Of a stretch of 36,567 nucleotides of DNA, positions 29,940 to 36,567 are shown one piece after another. Made by a program: the position numbers and the translations under genes. The stretch's first letter is position 1. Each line of letters starts with the position of its first letter. This stretch comes from Octopus bimaculoides (taxonomy: Eukaryota): the NCBI RefSeq assembly GCF_001194135.2, contig NC_068991.1, positions 28,906,598-28,943,164 on the forward strand, written 5' to 3'. The notes under the pieces are model-generated. The model was given only the letters and a program-made list of their open reading frames with translations. It made no database searches and had not been told where the DNA came from.

Positions 29940-30700
29940 TCCCGTCAGCGAACTGTAGCTACATGTCTAAATTCAGTGGGTGTCGTTATATCACGACTGT
30001 TAAAAGCAACAAAATGAGTATGCAGTTAGCTTAGCTGCAGGCGGCGCTCAAAACGTACCTATTTATAATCCTTGTTTGGAGAATATTCTAGATGCTTCTA
30101 AAAAGATGCATCACGTGATATTTGGCTACTCACTTGTCCATAACTCGGCCGATCACTTGAAAGACTGTTACTTAACTGTGATTTTAACTTGGCAATTCGT
30201 CGATTCGGTTTCAAATCTTGTTATTGTACTGGTAAGGACGGACTCAAACAAGAAGGTAACGGTAGAAAACTTTAAATTGCTCTAAGCCGAGTTTAAAAAT
30301 CTAATCAAGATGTTGCCAAAGAGTGTTGTAGGGAATTAGTAATAATGGTACAACCCTCCCACGTAACGAATGGAATAACATAGTCACTATAAGTAAACAG
30401 AAGTACGTAAAGTACCAGAGTTCGTAGTAAGCGAACAAGGAAAATTGAAATCATGACCGCTCAAGTCGAAAAGGCATTAAAACCAATCTAGCAAGGGATT
30501 TCTTACTTTGCCAGAGGAAGAAAGTTTGGAACGGTGGAGCCGCAGTTCCGGGAGGTAGCTACTGCTAAGCTGCACTCGGCAACAGCCTTGAAAACGGATG
30601 AAGTGGTGCTTCTACCCATATAACTTGGGAAGAGAGACAGGCACGACGGAAGTAAGTAACGGTGAGTGGTAGGTGACTGGGAGGATGAGAAAAATGAAAA
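29940..30700. promoter_or_regulatory. CpG-enriched candidate promoter / first-exon region
   Basis: TCACGTGA at ~30111; ETS-type CGGAAGT at ~30647; minus-strand donors CAA|GTGAGT (30133) and AAA|GTAAGA (30506); plus-strand donors GAA|GTAAGT (30652) and ACG|GTGAGT (30662). Motif evidence only. Confidence 0.3.
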
Positions 30701-30899
30701 TTACTCGTTTCCACTCCCATCCCCTCCCACAAACCAAAAAAGTCAAAAATTACAAGGCTTTACAAACAAGAACACACATGAACATTTAACAGAACCAAAC
30801 GAAAAGAACAAAAAAAAAGAAAAACAAAAAACTGAGTGACTACACCAAGCAAAATGAAAAAGAAAAACTCTAATAATTTATGTCAGTTTTTTTTTTAAT

Positions 30900-31062
30900 G
30901 GTCAATGATGTTGCCTCATTTGTGGGGCACGGGTGACCATCGTTCCATCTTTTCATTTATTAATCATACATTTACTCGTTCGATATTTTCTTTTTTCGGC
31001 CCCACATGTAATGTCCTGTATCGTACCCTCTATGTTCGGCCCTATGTGACCAATAAAGAAAA
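30900..31062 (+). mobile_element. Probable LINE (Tx1-like) 3' UTR fragment
   Basis: GTGACCATCGTTCCATCTTTT...GGCCCCACATGTAATGTCC...GTGACCAATAAAGAAATAAT, a poly(A)-signal-ended LINE tail pattern. Confidence 0.4.
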
Positions 31063-32400
31063 TAATACGTAGTAGGCGGTCAGAGGTAGTTGTGTTTTTA
31101 CTGGTTTTACTAAGTATACTGTATACCGAAGTGAGCGTTATGACAATCCAATATTCTAAGGACTATAACAAAGTGGTAGCGTTTGACTTCATCGGAACCA
31201 CGCAAAGCTATGCCATTTCCACCGAAGCTTTTCTGAGAGAACATCTGTCACGTATAATTTCCAATGAGATCGCTGAATTTAGATCTGATAAGGTGCTGAT
31301 AAATTTAAATCAAATTTAAGCGAAATAGGACAGCTAGAGGATTCGCAGACTGATTTTACAGACTGATTGTGAAAAACCACAAGTATCTGAGGGGAGCCAC
31401 ACAAATTTTAATTCATACACGTACAATCACAATCATAATCTGTATATTTACTCTGAGCTAATTTCATCAGTATCTATACTAAACATGAAAATACTTGCAT
31501 ATTCCTTATCTTATTTAATCTGTTTTTATCTGGTTGAATTTTCCACTTTCAAAAGCTTAAGAGTCACTAACAATGCTGCAAACAGATATTAAAAAAATTA
31601 TTTGAGTGTGTACTAGTCACAAGGTTTCACGCTGGATAATGTGACAATCATAAGACTATGCATTTGTTTATTTTGTTTCATTTTATTTATTCATTTATTT
31701 TCTTTAAATTAATTACGCATTTACAAAATTTAGTTTTAGCAAATCCGTTTAGCTTGTTTTAACTACGCATTTGTTTTTACTAAAACCTAATTTTATCTGC
31801 GTATATATAGTCGGCTTTATAATCTACAACAAATACCATTTTATATGGTAAATTTATTTTCCTTTCAACTAGTATCTTCTTCGTAGAATCCACTAAAATA
31901 ATTTATGTACCGAACAAGGTCACTAGCAATATATATAAGAAAAAAGTTCTTGAGTGCCAATGCACTAAATGAAGTCGATGTCTCTCGATGTAGTGCTCTT
32001 AGTAGTCATCAGACTTAACATATCTTTAAAATTCTGCACTCTAATGATGAAAAAACAACGAAAAGGCAAACTTTCCAAAATATCATGAATGTTAAATATA
32101 GCGCATGCTGCTTCAGGGAGAGTGTTTGGGTTATCGGTAGGTGCTTAGTAACGTTGCTTTAACTACAACCGAAATCAAAATATGCATAAACACATCGAAA
32201 TATGACTAGTCATCGAGATTTAATAGAGCACTGGAAGCACAGTTACGAATGCGCGGCACATTCACCAATGAATATACACAGAACATATGATATATTAATC
32301 TATTCACATGCAAAAACACGTGATATTTATATATGCAAAATTACTCAAAGGCAAGAAAAATGGCTATCGTTAATGAAGTCTTAATGTTACATTAAAAAGT

Positions 32401-32600
32401 AAGGCAGCGGGCTGGCAGAATCGTTATTGTACCGGGCAAAATACTAATCGGCATTTCATCTGGCTTTACATTCTGAGTTCAAATTCCACCGACTTTACCT
32501 CTCAGAATCGATAAAATAAGTACTCTTTGAGCACTGGGTTCGATGTAATCGACTACCGCTTTCCCCCAAAATTTCAGGCCTTATGCCGATAGTAGAAAGA
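32401..32600 (+). mobile_element. SINE family A
   Basis: AAGGCAGCGGGCTGGCAGAATCGTT...GAGTTCAAATTCC...GATAGTAGAAAG. Confidence 0.9.
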
Positions 32601-33104
32601 AATGTTCATTAATAACTTTTTTTCTTTTTTTTTTTTTTTGAAATGTAAGCATCTATCAGGTTGTGATAAATGCATTAAATGGAAAATAAATTATTTTATT
32701 TGGCATATGAAAATCTTCAATATATATCAATGCAAGTGCCTTCAGAAATTCATCAGTTCCAGTCTTTTTTTAAAACTGCAGAAGGCTGTAATAGGATGTC
32801 AAATTCTCTGAACGCTATTAAAGTTCTCGCGCAGTTGCTTGAATCTTTCCAAAACATTATTCTCTCGAGCTTAGGTCTCTCTTCCAAATACCAATGAAAC
32901 AAAATAGAGCTTGTAGAAAAGCTTTGTAAAATAACTCTCAGAAAAAAAAAATTCACCACTCTACTCTTCAAATATATCTAGAGTTTAAAGGATTACAATG
33001 TACGCAACCATAAAATTGATTGGTCTATTATAGAGCACGTATTCCTAACATTAAAAGATCTAGAAGGTATGACCTTTATCTCTAAGAGAATTATCATTTC
33101 TAGC

Positions 33105-33290
33105 AAAGGCAAAGGAAATTTTGTGGAGAAGTACAGTCGATACCATCGTCCCCAGTTCTTGACTAGTACTTTATTTTATCGACCTGGAAAGAATGAAATA
33201 CAAGACCGGATCCGAGTGATTTGAAATCAGAATGTAAAGAGCTGGAAGAAGTACTACGACACAATTTGTCGAACTCTCTAATGATTCTGC
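33105..33290 (-). mobile_element. SINE family A, degenerate
   Basis: CTAGTACTTTATTTTATCGACC...TTTGAAATCAGAATGTAAAG...AATGATTCTGC, reverse of family A. Confidence 0.6.
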
Positions 33291-33452
33291 TGTTGTAAAT
33301 TTAGAACGAAAAATTGGAATGAGATTTAACCCGATAGATTTTTATGTATTAGAAATACGGAAAAAAAAATTCTGTAATTCATTGAACTCTAGGACTGCCC
33401 TAACAATGATTATCTTCCTTGCTTCTGTGTGTTTTACAAATGAAGACAGAAA

Positions 33453-33580
33453 TACCGTATATACTCGTGTAAAAGTCGAATTTCTTAGACCATTTTTAAG
33501 GTCAAATTTATGGGGTCGACTATTACATAGATACTAGTTTTGAGGGGCTGAAATTCAAGCTAGAATCCGAAGTACGATAA
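33453..33580 (+). mobile_element. pogo-type transposon end
   Basis: TACCGTATATACTCGTGTAAAAGTCGA...GGGGTCGACTATTAC, the TIR and subterminal repeat pattern of pogo/Tigger-like elements. Confidence 0.65.
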
Positions 33581-33639
33581 CAACAGCAGAAGCCCACTCT
33601 GATCGCTGAGCGAATAAAAATAATGAACTACAGTAATAT

Positions 33640-33846
33640 TCTTTTATGCTCTAAACACACGGCCCGAAACTTTGGGAGGAGGAGCCAGTTGATTAAATCG
33701 ACTCCAGTACGCAACTGGTACTTAATTTGTCGATGCTGAAAAGCAAAGTCGACCGCGGCGGAATTTGAACGCAGAACGTAAAGACAGACGAAATACCACT
33801 GAGCATTTCGCCCGGCGTTCTAACATTTCTGCCAGCTCGCCGCTTT
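33640..33846 (-). mobile_element. SINE family A
   Basis: Reverse complement of family A, ending CTGCCAGCTCGCCGCTTT. Confidence 0.9.
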
Positions 33847-34027
33847 GCAATGTATGACAGTAATATTACCAATTCTATGCATCAAAACACATGTCCTAGT
33901 AAATAACAAAGCTAATACATAGACCGCGTAGCTCTTATAAATATTTATACTTTCTCTTTTATTTGTATCCATCAAACTTAACAGACTAGCTGAGTGAAAT
34001 CAGTTTATTTCTCATAATTATGTTATA

Positions 34028-35391
34028 CTAGCAGAAATACCCGGCTTTGCCCGAGTTAAAGAGAATAATGAAATCTAAAAACGCCGTCTAGACTACGCAA
34101 CCCTCAACTGTTAGTAGCTACGATACCATATTTATACATTAATAACTCTCCAATCCATGCCAGCATGGAACATAGACATTAAGTGGAACGCCAGTCTCTC
34201 ATCTAGGAGGGCCTTGAAATCAATGTTACCAACTGGGGACTATGTGTGTCGTAGTGATAATAAAAAGACCCAAAGGAGGTCTGCAACGAAATAATTTTAC
34301 TCAACACTTTGCAAGTGNNNNNNNNNNNNNNNNNNNNNNNNNNNNNNNNNNNNNNNNNNNNNNNNNNNNNNNNNNNNNNNNNNNNNNNNNNNNNNNNNNN
34401 NNNNNNNNNNNNNNNNNNNNNNNNNNNNNNNNNNNNNNNNNNNNNNNNNNNNNNNNNNNNNNNNNNNNNNNNNNNNNNNNNNNNNNNNNNNNNNNNNNNN
34501 NNNNNNNNNNNNNNNNNNNNNNNNNNNNNNNNNNNNNNNNNNNNNNNNNNNNNNNNNNNNNNNNNNNNNNNNNNNNNNNNNNNNNNNNNNNNNNNNNNNN
34601 NNNNNNNNNNNNNNNNNNNNNNNNNNNNNNNNNNNNNNNNNNNNNNNNNNNNNNNNNNNNNNNNNNNNNNNNNNNNNNNNNNNNNNNNNNNNNNNNNNNN
34701 NNNNNNNNNNNNNNNNNNNNNNNNNNNNNNNNNNNNNNNNNNNNNNNNNNNNNNNNNNNNNNNNNNNNNNNNNNNNNNNNNNNNNNNNNNNNNNNNNNNN
34801 NNNNNNNNNNNNNNNNNNNNNNNNNNNNNNNNNNNNNNNNNNNNNNNNNNNNNNNNNNNNNNNNNNNNNNNNNNNNNNNNNNNNNNNNNNNNNNNNNNNN
34901 NNNNNNNNNNNNNNNNNNNNNNNNNNNNNNNNNNNNNNNNNNNNNNNNNNNNNNNNNNNNNNNNNNNNNNNNNNNNNNNNNNNNNNNNNNNNNNNNNNNN
35001 NNNNNNNNNNNNNNNNNNNNNNNNNNNNNNNNNNNNNNNNNNNNNNNNNNNNNNNNNNNNNNNNNNNNNNNNNNNNNNNNNNNNNNNNNNNGAAATGTGA
35101 TTGTTTCAGTTAGTAGAATAGTTTCATTTTTAAAGTGAAAGTATTTGACATGACTGTTTTTGTTTCACTTTTGACACGTAATACTTAAATAGTGGAGGAG
35201 ATATTATGTTGCTGTGGGCTCGAACTCTGCAAGAAGTTAAACATTTTTTTTGACTAAAACACAACTGGAACCCTAAGTAAGGCATCTGTAAAATTTGAAT
35301 GAAATTGGTTGCGTAGTTCTCGAGTTTTAGGGATTCACACAGACAGACAGACATACAGACAGACACACATTCTCATTTTTATATATATAGA
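34028..35391 (-). mobile_element. Non-autonomous Helitron (Lep1-like) spanning an assembly gap
   Basis: Minus-strand 5' A|TCTATATATATAAAA and (CTGT)n tract; 3' CGGGCAAAGCCGGG hairpin followed by CTAG|T; A|T insertion site. Confidence 0.75.
34318..35091. other. Assembly gap (N run)
   Basis: Run of N bases. Confidence 1.
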
Positions 35392-36283
35392 TTATCACCG
35401 ATAACATATCTACCCGGTACCGACATGCCACTACCTACCGTAATACAGTTCATACATCTGATACCTACGAGGCGTGTTTCACATCATAACTCTTCAATAA
35501 CATTACACTATTTTCCTATTCATGGTTAATGTCATCACAAATGTATTATGGCACAGTATATTAGGGGTGCATTTTTATTTCTAATTAATTAAATGCAACT
35601 TAATGTTTTAAATACCAAAATTGATAAAAGAAGTAGAAGCACAACACCACTTCCCTCGTGGCTAGATTAGAGACTACCGTACCAATTTCCTTGTTGCGTT
35701 TTTATTTTTTATAAATTCAGTAAAGTTTAAGGCCCAAAATATAAAACAAATATCAAAAATGATTAATAATGTCAATAAAAACCAATAGAGTATCAACTTC
35801 TTATTTATGCAAACGAAAAGTGAAGTAGAAATTTACGGTAATACAGCTTTACGGTAAATGGTACATCTTAAACATGTTACACACAAAAGTTCATTAAAAT
35901 CTAAACAATCACACTGTTCATCATCTTCAGCACTGGATAAAGCTTCCTAATCATCAGGATGAATGATATCATCGTAAGGATTCTCTTCATCTTCTGTGGG
36001 AATGAGATAAGCCAGAAGGAAAGGGCTGTGACGTCAACGGTCAAAGGGCTTGGCCGGAACAGGAAGGGCGAAAGAGGAAGTGAGAGAAGGAAGACCACGG
36101 TCATACTCTTTTACCTTGGGTGCTCACGACGAATAGACGTGAGGCGAGCAAGCTGATAGGGATAGGTACTAGCAACTGCTATCGTTAGGTGCGCGGGCTG
36201 GGCGCAAGTTTTGGATCGAGTACAGCTGGACGGCAAAACGACGAGACGGTAAGCGAATTATTTCTTATTTCCCCGCATTACTG

Positions 36284-36424
36284 TTACTCTCGCACATCAT
36301 CTTCGTTGTCCATAGCTCGAGGTAGCACATCATCCACTTCTTCGTTATCCATGTCATCCCATAAACAATCGTCTTCTGTACCATCTAAGGCATTCGAATT
36401 TTCACATTTCTTGAACGCCTTGAC
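36284..36424 (-). mobile_element. pogo-family DDE transposase C-terminal fragment
   Basis: VKAFKKCENSNALDGTEDDCLWDD matches the I.KSFKKCGISNALDGSEDD motif, followed by an acidic tail. A second acidic remnant lies at 35880-35970. Confidence 0.75.
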
Positions 36425-36567
36425 GGTCCAGATGGACTATATGTAATCTGAACCTTTCCCCACCTTATTAATTTTTTTTTTACGGAATCCCACGTTTTAG
36501 GCTATGGAGATTCCGATTCTGAAAAAAATTTTTCAAAAATCTCAAATTCAAAATTTCGATTCCCCCC

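Noticed and set aside
31092-31319. 75-aa ORF with a hydrophobic N-terminus
   Set aside because: It begins at a non-ATG codon; no recognisable domain and no splice support.
34242-35138. 263-298 aa ORFs across the third gap
   Set aside because: Almost entirely X residues from the N run.
35437-35856. TACCGTA...TACGGTA as a separate pogo MITE
   Set aside because: The inverted match is only 7-8 bp with no subterminal similarity, which is too weak in AT-rich DNA.
1-36567. CRISPR array, rRNA or prokaryotic operon
   Set aside because: No regularly spaced repeat-spacer array or rRNA similarity; the content is eukaryotic.

Overview
This is an AT-rich, repeat-dense eukaryotic window with three assembly gaps (2381-2698, 12259-12268, 34318-35091). 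The SINE, RTE and (ATT)n repeat content points to an octopus/cephalopod genome; this is inferred from pattern recognition, not a database match. It holds one intact host protein-coding gene: a 509-aa membrane-anchored UDP-glycosyltransferase (9349-10878, minus strand). Its CDS is a single exon preceded by a strong 3' splice site, so a non-coding exon lies upstream. Nearly everything else is decayed mobile DNA: Tc1/mariner elements of several groups, pogo, hAT, GG..CC Merlin-like MITEs, Helitron/HINE, Tx1, RTE and R4/Dong-like LINEs, a Mag-type Gypsy with its 5' LTR, stacks of tRNA-derived SINEs, and an unclassified ~530-bp (AAT)n-flanked element. The main leads are: (1) the intronless UGT with Glu at the position of the UDP-glucuronic-acid-selecting Arg; (2) a transposon foldback whose palindrome extends beyond the transposon ends; (3) a 221-bp near-identical out-of-order copy inside a Tx1 LINE; (4) elements that stack in (AAT)n repeats; (5) a set of Merlin-like MITEs, including a 91-bp one with a perfect 8-bp TSD. 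No rRNA, true tRNA gene or CRISPR array is supported.
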